DNA of 54,852 nucleotides from Flammeovirgaceae bacterium (GTDB lineage Bacteria; Bacteroidota; Bacteroidia; Cytophagales; Flammeovirgaceae). Positions 40,069 through 49,431 of the stretch are shown piece after piece. A program made the position numbers and the translations under genes. The DNA lies in the NCBI GenBank assembly GCA_019634305.1, contig JAHQVQ010000298.1, forward strand, positions 1 through 54,852, in the 5' to 3' direction. How positions within the stretch are numbered: the first letter of the stretch is position 1; each line of letters starts with the position of its first letter. The notes under the pieces were generated by a model. It was not told the DNA's origin. It did not search any database and saw only the letters and a program-made list of their open reading frames with translations.

Positions 40069-42645
40069 TTACATATGAACAATATCAGAAGCTCTAAATA
40101 ACATATCAGCGGCTTGTAATACTTTATTTTTTAATTTGTAAGGATACTCAGGATTCTCCTTTAAAAATTTCTTTACGGTATTTGCAGCAGATTTTGATTG
40201 ATGCCCACTTAGCGTTCCAATGAGCCATTGTTTTGGGAAGAAAATATCTCCTGTTCTTTGAATTTCTTCTAACAGTTCCAAACTTGGCCGGATATATTTC
40301 TCGGAAGATTTAGCTCTTAGAGGATGATGAAGATAGCCTAAACTTTCTACAACCCATGGCTCGTAATGCCTGTTTACTGGGTTTCTTAAGCTTTCAAAAA
40401 AATTATCTCTTACATTTTGGTCATCAGACAGCGCTGGTAAAACAAATGTAAGTCTGTCTTTTAAATCAGGGTTTTGTGTGTCATTGATTTGCTTAAGCAT
40501 CATTTCTTCAGAATTTGGAGCAGATCTTAAAGCTAGTTCACAGGCTATGGAAATATAATCACGCTCCGAAAGGATTAGTCCATCAATATACAAATCCCTT
40601 TCCCATATCATTTTTAAACGGGTAAGTGCTTCTTCCGAAAGGGCAAGAGCCTTGTAGGCTCTAAAATAAGCCGATTTTGCACTTGCTCCGGGTGCAGTAT
40701 CCATTATTTTCCAAAGGGTATTTTCTAACTGAGGTGCTATTACCCTTCTTTGTTTGGGTTTATAAAACTTCCAGTAAATAGTGTTCAAATAACCCAGGAT
40801 ATTTTGAGAGTTCAACGCCTCATTTTCCTGGGGAAGTGCATCAATAATAGTAGCCATTAATTTATCGGGTGCCACCTGGCCATTTAGCATTTCTTCATAT
40901 AAGGAAATCCATCCTACACCTCTAAGCATAGGATCTTTAATTGAGGATATATTTTTCAGTAAAAATTCCCTACTGAATTTACCTAAAGTAAAAAAACCAT
41001 ATCCCAGCCCATCGCCATTACTTAAAATAAAATCTGGCTTGTACCATCCAACCGCCTCTGCTACATCATTAGTTTTCCCAGTTATTTCCAGTTGAATTCT
41101 TTTAATACTATCTCCTTTAACCAGCACTACTTCAGTTTTCTGTTGCCAGATATTATCTTTTACAGGAGATTTTCGTTGCTTCAGTTTTAAGGATTTTATT
41201 CGATTTCCATCCGTTATCAGACTTAAACTAATGGAAGGCATACCTGATTCTTTTACCCATACCTCGCTCCATGCCCTCAAATCCTTATCTGTTCTTTGAT
41301 CTAAAATGGAAATCAAATCATCCCAAACAGCATTGGAAAAAGAATAAATTTCTAAGTATTCCTGAAGTCCCTCTCTGAATTGTTCTTCACCCATTAGCTT
41401 TTCTAACTGCTGCATAACAATGGGCGATTTCTGATAAATTATCCTGCCATATAGCGTCCCAGCATCCTTGAGGTTATCCAATTTTTGTTGGATGGGATGG
41501 GCTCCTTTTGTTCGATCCTCGGAATAGGCTACGGGATGATGCGCCATCAAAAACCTAAGATTATGATTGATTTCAGGAAAACTTGGATTTACAATCTTGG
41601 CACCCATAAAATTGGCAAAAACTTCCTTTAGCCATACATCATTAAACCACTTCATTGTCACGAGATTACCAAACCACATATGGGCAGTTTCGTGGGCAAT
41701 CAGGCTGGCACGGTTAAGCATTTGGTTTTGAGTAGCCGACTGGTTAAGCATCAAACTTGAAGATCTGTAAAGAATAGAGCCAACATGTTCCATTCCCCCG
41801 TACTGAAAGGAGGGAATAAGCACAAACTCAAACTTTTCAAACGGCATTGGTATTTGAGTATATTCTTCAAGCCATCGTAGTGAAGAGGCGTGTAAGTCAA
41901 AAATTTCAAAAGTATTTCTTTCCACTTTTACAGAATCAGGCTCTCTATGGTACATTGTCAACTTTCTTCCATCCTTGTGGGTTGATATTTCCTTAAACTT
42001 TCCGACAACAAAGGCAAAAAGATAGGTGCTAATGGGTGGCGTTTCATTAAATTCATAGAAATGATTATTTCCAGTGAACAATTTATTAGCCATTTTACCA
42101 TTGGCTACTGCTATCCATGATTCTGGAATTTCAAGAGTTAATTTGTACCGTCCCTTAATATCCGGTTGATCGAAACATGGAAATGCGGTAGAAGCCCTGT
42201 CAGGAACAAATAAAGTATAGAGGTATTCCTGGTTTCTGTTTAAAGCATTTTCCCCAGCGATGAATTTTAAGGAGAGTGAATTTGTACCCTTTTCCAGAAT
42301 GCCTGGAGTGATAAGGATATGACCATTATTTACCTTAGCAGGAATTATCTTATCCTCATACTCCACTGAGATTAGATTTTCTGAAGCTACATTGAAATCA
42401 AGGACAAGAGATTTGGAATTATCATTTAATTCAAACTCTAATTTGAGCGAACCGACTATTGGGGTGGTTAAAGTATCAGTAATTTTAAAATGAAGTGTAT
42501 ATTTTACATTACTAATAGTAGTTGCTCTATGCTTTGCCAGCTCTAGAGAAACACCGGAAACTAATTCATAATTAGGTAAATCCTGAGCCAAGGCAGAAGA
42601 ATAAACGGTTAAAAGAAAAATTACAAGGTGCAGAACTTTTCTCAT
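40069..42645 (-). CDS. Secreted M1 family aminopeptidase (PepN-like, helical C-terminal domain)
   Basis: Signal peptide, FPCFDQPD, GGMEH and HETAH-x18-E motifs. Confidence 0.9.
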   Translation of the reverse strand: MRKVLHLVIFLLTVYSSALAQDLPNYELVSGVSLELAKHRATTISNVKYTLHFKITDTLTTPIVGSLKLEFELNDNSKSLVLDFNVASENLISVEYEDKIIPAKVNNGHILITPGILEKGTNSLSLKFIAGENALNRNQEYLYTLFVPDRASTAFPCFDQPDIKGRYKLTLEIPESWIAVANGKMANKLFTGNNHFYEFNETPPISTYLFAFVVGKFKEISTHKDGRKLTMYHREPDSVKVERNTFEIFDLHASSLRWLEEYTQIPMPFEKFEFVLIPSFQYGGMEHVGSILYRSSSLMLNQSATQNQMLNRASLIAHETAHMWFGNLVTMKWFNDVWLKEVFANFMGAKIVNPSFPEINHNLRFLMAHHPVAYSEDRTKGAHPIQQKLDNLKDAGTLYGRIIYQKSPIVMQQLEKLMGEEQFREGLQEYLEIYSFSNAVWDDLISILDQRTDKDLRAWSEVWVKESGMPSISLSLITDGNRIKSLKLKQRKSPVKDNIWQQKTEVVLVKGDSIKRIQLEITGKTNDVAEAVGWYKPDFILSNGDGLGYGFFTLGKFSREFLLKNISSIKDPMLRGVGWISLYEEMLNGQVAPDKLMATIIDALPQENEALNSQNILGYLNTIYWKFYKPKQRRVIAPQLENTLWKIMDTAPGASAKSAYFRAYKALALSEEALTRLKMIWERDLYIDGLILSERDYISIACELALRSAPNSEEMMLKQINDTQNPDLKDRLTFVLPALSDDQNVRDNFFESLRNPVNRHYEPWVVESLGYLHHPLRAKSSEKYIRPSLELLEEIQRTGDIFFPKQWLIGTLSGHQSKSAANTVKKFLKENPEYPYKLKNKVLQAADMLFRASDIVHM

Positions 42646-42883
42646 AAATAGTTAGGATTACAGTTCGATTAAGGTAAAATCCTTTCCACATTTCATAAGC
42701 CTAAATGCTGTGAATAGAAAGAATTATTGCTAAGTAGGTGATATTATATCTAAATAAATTTACCAGGAACTAGTATAGCAAAAGTCTTTTGTTATGCTTA
42801 TGCTAATTTACAAAAAAGAAATTGTAAATACTTTGAAGGTATTCTTCAAAATAAAAAAAGGTAGTAATCTTATAAGAAAGAAT

Positions 42884-44029
42884 TTAATGAGCTTTCCTTC
42901 TTGCTTTTAATTCTTTTCGTGCATTAAGCACATCATCTTTTAGTTGCAGAAGATCATTCTTGGTAGTGTAATCATTAAATCTGGTATGGATAGAACCACC
43001 AGTTTCCATAGCCAAACGTAGGTATTGCCCTTTTATATAGGCTATATCATCCATTAATATTCTGCCTAAAATTATTCTGATTGGTTTGTTAATTTGCTTT
43101 ACCAATTCAGTATCTCGGATAGCACTTCGGTTATCAGCCACTAATACAAATTCATCGGATTCGGGGTAATTGGCAAAAGCGTAAAGAAGTGCTTCAATAT
43201 CATTTTCAGCTAAATCTCCACCATCACCATTTTCCTTCACTTCTTTCATTAGTTGAATAACCTGAGACAAAGTATCTGCTTTTATGGAATAGATTCCCCC
43301 AGTTTCTCCAGCTTTTTTTTCTGCATTAGCTTTATTATCTCCATCATTAAAAAATACAAAATTTGAAATATTACTATCTCCACTTCTGGAAATATGCCAT
43401 CTCAATATTTGTGTTGTGAATGGATACATACTAGCAGTCCAATCACTTACAATAGTAACATTTTTCCAGTTGTAGAGGTTTCTTTCTAAAATGTCGTAAG
43501 CAAGCGTATCGTTGCCCATTGATAAAAATTTTCTGTCTTCTGTCGGCAGTGCAAGGAAGGCTTCTTTCACTTTTGATATATTTCTTTGGTAATCAACTTC
43601 CAGGTTTTTTTCTGGTACTTTAGAAGAAAATACAAATCCATGAAATAAGGATTCAGCTTGTGATTTGGTTTTACAATCTGTTTGCTTAATGATAGACCAT
43701 TTAACACTATCTGAATTGAACAATTCCGGAGCGATATGCTGGAGGGAGTTTAACCGTTGAATATTAAGATTTTTAAAGGAAGTGTTTTTTGGATAATCTG
43801 AATAAACTAAGTCTATTTTTTTGATATTAGAGGATTTTAATTTCTCAATTATCTCTTTATTAATGGTCTGGGAGTGTCCAAATCCCATATTCAGAGTGAT
43901 CTGCTCTGATTGAACATTATATCGAGGAGTATTTAATTGTAAGGCATTTTCATAAATGTTAAATGCAGACTTTTGGGCATTTGCAATAACTGAAAAAATT
44001 AGGCAATATGTAAGCAACAAAAATTTCAT
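42884..44029 (-). CDS. Secreted hypothetical protein with C-terminal VWA-like domain
   Basis: Signal peptide, MIDAS-like SDWTASM, FFNDGD, GDGGD..ENDIEAL, VLVADN and LA..TGG. Confidence 0.7.
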   Translation of the reverse strand: MKFLLLTYCLIFSVIANAQKSAFNIYENALQLNTPRYNVQSEQITLNMGFGHSQTINKEIIEKLKSSNIKKIDLVYSDYPKNTSFKNLNIQRLNSLQHIAPELFNSDSVKWSIIKQTDCKTKSQAESLFHGFVFSSKVPEKNLEVDYQRNISKVKEAFLALPTEDRKFLSMGNDTLAYDILERNLYNWKNVTIVSDWTASMYPFTTQILRWHISRSGDSNISNFVFFNDGDNKANAEKKAGETGGIYSIKADTLSQVIQLMKEVKENGDGGDLAENDIEALLYAFANYPESDEFVLVADNRSAIRDTELVKQINKPIRIILGRILMDDIAYIKGQYLRLAMETGGSIHTRFNDYTTKNDLLQLKDDVLNARKELKARRKAH

Positions 44030-44502
44030 ACTTTTTTATACCTGCGCAAATAAATAAATAACGCCCTGTTTATCTATATTATGATAATCATCAGAATTTA
44101 TGTTTTTAAATTATTCTACTCAAACTGAATTAGTTGAATTGTGAAAAAAGCAATTCTTTTCATTACTAAACTTACAAGACTTTTAAACTAAATTCGAAAA
44201 AAATCCATAAAATTTCAACTTATTATTGTGAACCGGGTATCAGGCCAAATAATTAGATTTTATGGAGAAATTTTATTTAAAGTCTAATTTCCAGGTAGCA
44301 AATAACCTTGTACCCAGACAAACTTTTCAGCCTATAATAAATCAATATTAAAATATAGTATTCCCTTTATTTGAAGGATTTTTGGTTTTAAATAGACTTC
44401 ACCAGGATGTGGAATTCCTATCCTTTTTTATTAGGAATTTTATTTTAGTAGGTAGTAGAATCTGGTTGAATTAGGATTATATAACTGAATAATTATTGGA
44501 AC

Positions 44503-44967
44503 TTATTTTCCCATTTCCCGTTCGAAACCTTCGTCAATTTGCAAGTTACTTTCTTTGCCTGCTGCCACTGCTAGTTCATCACATCTTTCGTTTTCAGGTA
44601 TACCAGCATGACCTTTTACCCATTTAAATTTCACCTTATGTTTCCGGTATAATTTAATGAATTTTTGCCACAAATCAACATTTTTCTTGCCTGAAAAACC
44701 CTTTTTTTCCCAGTTCCAGAGCCATCCTTTTTCTACAGAATCCACTACGTATTTAGAATCTGAATAAATGAGAATTTCAGTGCCTTCTACTTTCAAAGAC
44801 TCAATTGCAACAATAGTGGCTAATAGTTCCATTCTGTTGTTGGTAGTTCTCCGAAATCCTCCGGAAAACTCCTTCCTTAAATTGTGTTTTTTGGAGATTA
44901 AAACAGTTCCGTATCCTCCTGGACCAGGATTTCCGGAAGAAGCACCATCGGTGTAGGCTATTACCAT
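44503..44967 (-). CDS. rnhA: Ribonuclease HI
   Basis: YTDGA..GNPGPGG, TTNNRMEL, SDSKY, WVKGHAG and NERCD motifs. Start placed at ATG 44967. Confidence 0.95.
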   Translation of the reverse strand: MVIAYTDGASSGNPGPGGYGTVLISKKHNLRKEFSGGFRRTTNNRMELLATIVAIESLKVEGTEILIYSDSKYVVDSVEKGWLWNWEKKGFSGKKNVDLWQKFIKLYRKHKVKFKWVKGHAGIPENERCDELAVAAGKESNLQIDEGFEREMGK

Positions 44968-45004
44968 AGTTGAGTTATAATTGATTTGTGGAAAAAACGA
45001 GTAA

Positions 45005-46501
45005 TTAATCAAAGGTAATCAATCTGATTTTAAGACCTTTTTCAATTGCATTTTTTCTCAATGATAAAGTTTCCTCAAAACCAAGCCCAGTGTATTCCGA
45101 ATGTTCTAAAAAAAGATATGGAGAAGCAAGGCTTTTTTCGTCATGTTCATAAATTAATTGAGAAGGGTTATTATTTATCTTCCTAAATTCCTGATTATTA
45201 ATAATTTGAAAATAGGAATCCAGGATCAGGAACTTTCCTCCATTTGTTTTAAAATCTTCCAATTCGGCTTCACTTAAGGCTACTTTCAATTCGGTATTTT
45301 CTGAAAGAAAAGGGGATATGCCTAAACCAGCTGTGCTGATTACTTGGTTAATTTTCTTGTCTTTTATAATTGTCGCTAATGCTGGATAGGCTGTTTCCGA
45401 GTATTTCCATACATTTTCATAAATGAGGAAGATATTAATGGATATTCCCAAAAATATTAAACAGGTTTTAATCCATTTTTTTATTGGCACAGCCATTATT
45501 CCTAAAAATCCCAGGGTGTAGATTAAAGGGAAAATGAATAGCAAGGCTCTTGGTGCTTTCTGTAATAAGGACATTCCTAAAAAGAAAGCCATAACTATAA
45601 AAAGGGAAAGTCTTAAAATTGGAGTTGCCCAGAGTTTTTGTTTATGTACAAATATAAAAGCTGCTATTCCGAGCCAGGAGAGTGGATTTTCGAAATACAA
45701 AAAGTATTTCACATAGTAAAGAAGGTCAAGATTAAACTTGGAAACCTCTTCATTTGGATTCATGTCTTTAATAAATGCCTGTACAAAAAAATGTTTCCCA
45801 TAATTATCCCAACCAATTTCCAAAAACGATCCAAGGAGAGTAAAAAATACTACAGGAATTAGAAAAATTATCAAGGTAGAACTGAACATTTTTAGTGTCC
45901 ATTTCCTTTTGGCGAAGAGTATTTCGTAACCAGCAAAAACTAATATTACCAATATGAATTTATAATTTACCCCAAGCCCAATGGATAAATTGGAAAGGAA
46001 AATAATGAGGTGTTGTTTTTTCTCTTTTTGGACCAGGCTTTTGTGATAACTAATAAAAGCCAATATAAAAAGTAACTGGCTCAAAGCTTCCATAGCCAAA
46101 TACCTTGAGGAAACTATCTGATAAACCGAACTCCCAACAAAAGCAATCAGCACAATAAACCTTTCATTGTTGAGACGAAAATATTTTCCAATATGATGAA
46201 CTAATAACCAGACCGATAACAAATTCAATAGTGCAGTGAAATATTCAAGAAAGAGGAAATTTTTGAATACGGAATAGACAGGAAGGTAAATCAAATAAAA
46301 ACCAGGACTGGCATGATGGAAAAGGTTGGAGAAATTTCCTGTGCTTAACTCCTTAAGAATTATCAGGTTTTTGGCAGAATCGTAATCAAAAAGCCCGGTA
46401 TCCCAAAGTTTATTTATTCTGAGGAAGAATAAACCCAGCATTAAAACAACTAAAATGATGTTGGTGAAATAAGGATTATTGGATGCTAGGAGTTTTTTCA
46501 A
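45005..46501 (-). CDS. Integral membrane GT-C-like glycosyltransferase (ArnT/PMT-like)
   Basis: First TM followed by FDYDS acidic loop, HHASPGF, SSRYLAME, about 10 TM helices and a soluble C-terminal domain. TTG start. Confidence 0.65.
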   Translation of the reverse strand: MKKLLASNNPYFTNIILVVLMLGLFFLRINKLWDTGLFDYDSAKNLIILKELSTGNFSNLFHHASPGFYLIYLPVYSVFKNFLFLEYFTALLNLLSVWLLVHHIGKYFRLNNERFIVLIAFVGSSVYQIVSSRYLAMEALSQLLFILAFISYHKSLVQKEKKQHLIIFLSNLSIGLGVNYKFILVILVFAGYEILFAKRKWTLKMFSSTLIIFLIPVVFFTLLGSFLEIGWDNYGKHFFVQAFIKDMNPNEEVSKFNLDLLYYVKYFLYFENPLSWLGIAAFIFVHKQKLWATPILRLSLFIVMAFFLGMSLLQKAPRALLFIFPLIYTLGFLGIMAVPIKKWIKTCLIFLGISINIFLIYENVWKYSETAYPALATIIKDKKINQVISTAGLGISPFLSENTELKVALSEAELEDFKTNGGKFLILDSYFQIINNQEFRKINNNPSQLIYEHDEKSLASPYLFLEHSEYTGLGFEETLSLRKNAIEKGLKIRLITFD

Positions 46502-46594
46502 AATGTTAGTTAGAGAGATTATTATTTATCGAAAATAAAAGCGCAGGTGCTTAATTCTAACCAAGAAAATGTGAAATTCCTATTTGTGAAAACA

Positions 46595-46628
46595 AAAAAA
46601 GTCTCTGACAATTAAGCCAAAGACTTTT
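46595..46628 (-). terminator. Intrinsic terminator of the downstream M1 peptidase
   Basis: Minus strand AGTCTTTGGC-loop-GTCAGAGACT plus T-run; the stem is complete with G-U pairs. Confidence 0.7.
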
Positions 46629-46654
46629 CTAAAACAAAAGGAAAGCTTGTTAAC

Positions 46655-48859
46655 TTACCTATTTCCCTGAGTATTTGATCCTTTTTCTTTGTACAATTCA
46701 AATTTCGAAGGAAGTTCTTTCTTTGGCCAGGAATTATTAGTAACATCTGTATCAGCTGTTTCCTCAAAAGGATCCAGTTCAATATTTGCTACCTCTTTTT
46801 CTGTTGGGAATACTTTGGTGATTTTCTCAGCATTTTTCCTCCAGATTTCTGCAGGAATTCTTTTTACTTCTTTTGAGCCATCTTTATAAGTGAATTCCAG
46901 GATAACTGGCATCACTAACCCACCAACATTTTCAAGCGTTAATTCATAGAAATAAGGCGTTTTCTCTACTCTGGCTTTTTGAGATTCAGAAATACCACCA
47001 GTATAAAATGTACTGAATTCATCGTCAGGTGTGATAGCTGCTGGAGCTTCGGTCTCTTCCGAAGGGGCTTCTTCTTCACTCATTTTGAACATTCTGATTT
47101 GAGAAAGGGAAACATCTACATGATCTACTGAATAAAACCATCCCCTCCAAAACCAATCTAAATCTGTTCCAGAAGCATCTTCCATGGACCTGAAAAAGTC
47201 GGTAGGAGTAGGGTGTTTGAATTTCCACCTTTCCGAATATTCTTTAAAAGCTTTATCGAATAATTCAGGACCCATTACTGTTTCTCTAAGAATGTTTAGG
47301 GCTGTGGCAGGTTTTGCATAGGCATTAGAACCAAAGTTTTGGATTTGCTCAGAGTTGGTCATTATAGGACTGAGTAATTGTTTTTCCATACTCATATAAG
47401 GAACAATTTTTTTAGCAGGACCTCTTCTGTAAGGATAATCAGCTTCTTTTGGATTTAAAGCTGCCCAGTCTTTTTGTGCTAGATATTGCGTGAAAGTATT
47501 CAGTCCTTCATCCATCCATGTCCATTGTCTTTCATCAGAGTTGATGATCATTGGGAAGTAATTATGTCCTACTTCATGGATAATTACCCCAATCATGGCA
47601 TATTTTGTTCTATCGTCATAAGTGCCATCCTCATCTGGCCTTCCTCCATTGAAACAAATCATCGGGTATTCCATTCCTATTCTATCTGTATGCACTGAAA
47701 TAGCCTTGTGATAAGGATAATCAATTGTATATTTAGAATAGCTAATTAGGGTTTGAGCTACTACTCTGGTAGAATATTCTTCCCAAAGTGGATTACCTTC
47801 TTTAGGGTAATAAGACATCGCCATAATGGTTTTCCCTCCTACTTCTACACCCATTGCATCCCAAATTAATTTTCTGGAAGTAGCGAAAGCAAAATCCCTT
47901 ACATCTTCAGCATGGAAAACCCATGTTGCTTTTTCTTTTGATTTTGATTTCTCTTTTTTCTTTACCTCTTTTTCAGACACAATAATTACAGGCTCAGTGG
48001 CAGTTTTGGCCTTTTCAAATAATGCTATTTGATCCGCAGTTAAAACTTTCTCAGGATTTTCTAATTTCCCGGTAGCTGCCATAATGTGATCAGCAGGAAC
48101 GGTGATTTCTACTTCATAATCACCGAATGGAAGAGTAAATTCTCCTGATCCTAAAAACTGCTTATTTTGCCATCCTCCATAGTCACTGTATACACACATT
48201 CTTGGAAAAAACTGTGCGATTGTATACAAGTAATTGTCATCTTCGGGAAAGTATTCATAACCCGATCTTCCTCCAACTTTTTTTCTATCATTAACATTAT
48301 ACGACCAGCTTACCTTGAAAGAGTAGCTTCCTCCTGGTTTCAATTCAGAAGGCATATCTACTGACATCATGGTTTGATTGATTACATAGGGTAATGCTTT
48401 GCCATCTTCTGTAGTTACTGATTCTATTTTAAAACCTCCTTCAAATTCAGGCTCTAAAATACTATTTAAGGATGCTCCTCTCCTGCTAAAGGTGGAAGAC
48501 ATTTCATGGGTAATAGCATTGGTTTTTGTACTGTAGGTATGAGATTCCTTTGCTCTCATATTCTGATCCAATTGCAACCAAAGGTATTTTAAAACATCAG
48601 GAGAATTGTTGATGTAGGTAATTGTTTCTGAACCTGTAATCACCTGATTTTCATCGTTCAGGTCAATTTTCATTTTGTAATTGGCTTCGTTTTGCCAATA
48701 GGCATTTCCAGGAGCTCCGGAAGCTGCTCGGTATTCATTCGGATCAGCTAATTCAAAATCCAGTTGCTCGAACTTATCTGTATGTTTTCCCCCTTGAGAA
48801 AATACAGGAATAACCGGTATTAGTAATACCAGTAAAATTGGTACGATTTTCTTCATCAT
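46655..48859 (-). CDS. Secreted M1 family zinc metallopeptidase, paralog 2
   Basis: Signal peptide, IGMEYPM and HEVGHNYF...WMDEG (HExxH-x18-E). Confidence 0.9.
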   Translation of the reverse strand: MMKKIVPILLVLLIPVIPVFSQGGKHTDKFEQLDFELADPNEYRAASGAPGNAYWQNEANYKMKIDLNDENQVITGSETITYINNSPDVLKYLWLQLDQNMRAKESHTYSTKTNAITHEMSSTFSRRGASLNSILEPEFEGGFKIESVTTEDGKALPYVINQTMMSVDMPSELKPGGSYSFKVSWSYNVNDRKKVGGRSGYEYFPEDDNYLYTIAQFFPRMCVYSDYGGWQNKQFLGSGEFTLPFGDYEVEITVPADHIMAATGKLENPEKVLTADQIALFEKAKTATEPVIIVSEKEVKKKEKSKSKEKATWVFHAEDVRDFAFATSRKLIWDAMGVEVGGKTIMAMSYYPKEGNPLWEEYSTRVVAQTLISYSKYTIDYPYHKAISVHTDRIGMEYPMICFNGGRPDEDGTYDDRTKYAMIGVIIHEVGHNYFPMIINSDERQWTWMDEGLNTFTQYLAQKDWAALNPKEADYPYRRGPAKKIVPYMSMEKQLLSPIMTNSEQIQNFGSNAYAKPATALNILRETVMGPELFDKAFKEYSERWKFKHPTPTDFFRSMEDASGTDLDWFWRGWFYSVDHVDVSLSQIRMFKMSEEEAPSEETEAPAAITPDDEFSTFYTGGISESQKARVEKTPYFYELTLENVGGLVMPVILEFTYKDGSKEVKRIPAEIWRKNAEKITKVFPTEKEVANIELDPFEETADTDVTNNSWPKKELPSKFELYKEKGSNTQGNR

Positions 48860-49009
48860 TATTAATTTTTGTTTGTTATAAATTGTAGTTGGTAAAATCC
48901 TTTAGTTTTTATGATATCAAACCATTAAGTTTTAGCAAAAAAGTCTTCTGAATAATTATGAAAGGTAAAAAAAAATTAAACCTAAAGTAAAATTAAAGTT
49001 GGGTAATGA

Positions 49010-49169
49010 GAGCTTGTTTAAGTTTTGTTTTTCTTAGCGAAAATGATCAGTTTGAGGTTCTCAGGGAGTAAAAAAATTTGTAATAGCAGCGCTATTTAGA
49101 ATTTTTTTTAGGAACTGAGGTTCTTGAAATGATCATTTACAGCCGAAAGGATAAAATTTAAACATGCTC
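49010..49169. mobile_element. 160-bp palindromic MITE-like element
   Basis: Ends GAGCTTGTTTAAGTTTT / AAAATTTAAACATGCTC, flanked by TGA and TAA. The whole element is an imperfect inverted repeat centred on AATAGC-AGC-GCTATT. No transposase ORF. Confidence 0.7.
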
Positions 49170-49222
49170 TAATTGACTGGCAATTTAATCAATTATAGAC
49201 TAAAATCTATGTTCCAAAAAGC

Positions 49223-49257
49223 AAAAACCCCTGATAGAAATAATTACCTGGGGTTTT
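49223..49257 (-). terminator. Terminator-like hairpin downstream of the upstream M1 peptidase
   Basis: AAAACCCC...GGGGTTTT stem with a T5 tail on the minus strand. Confidence 0.55.
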
Positions 49258-49431
49258 ACTTGAAAAAAGTCCTTTATGTAATAAAATTAGTTACTGTTCA
49301 CCTACAAATTTAAAATTGTCTCTAACTCGAGGATAAGGGCGATTTAATAAAAGTTCAAGAATATCAACCTGCTTTATTTGTATTTAATCCAATATTTTTT
49401 CATTTTACCTAAACAGTAACTAAAATAACCT

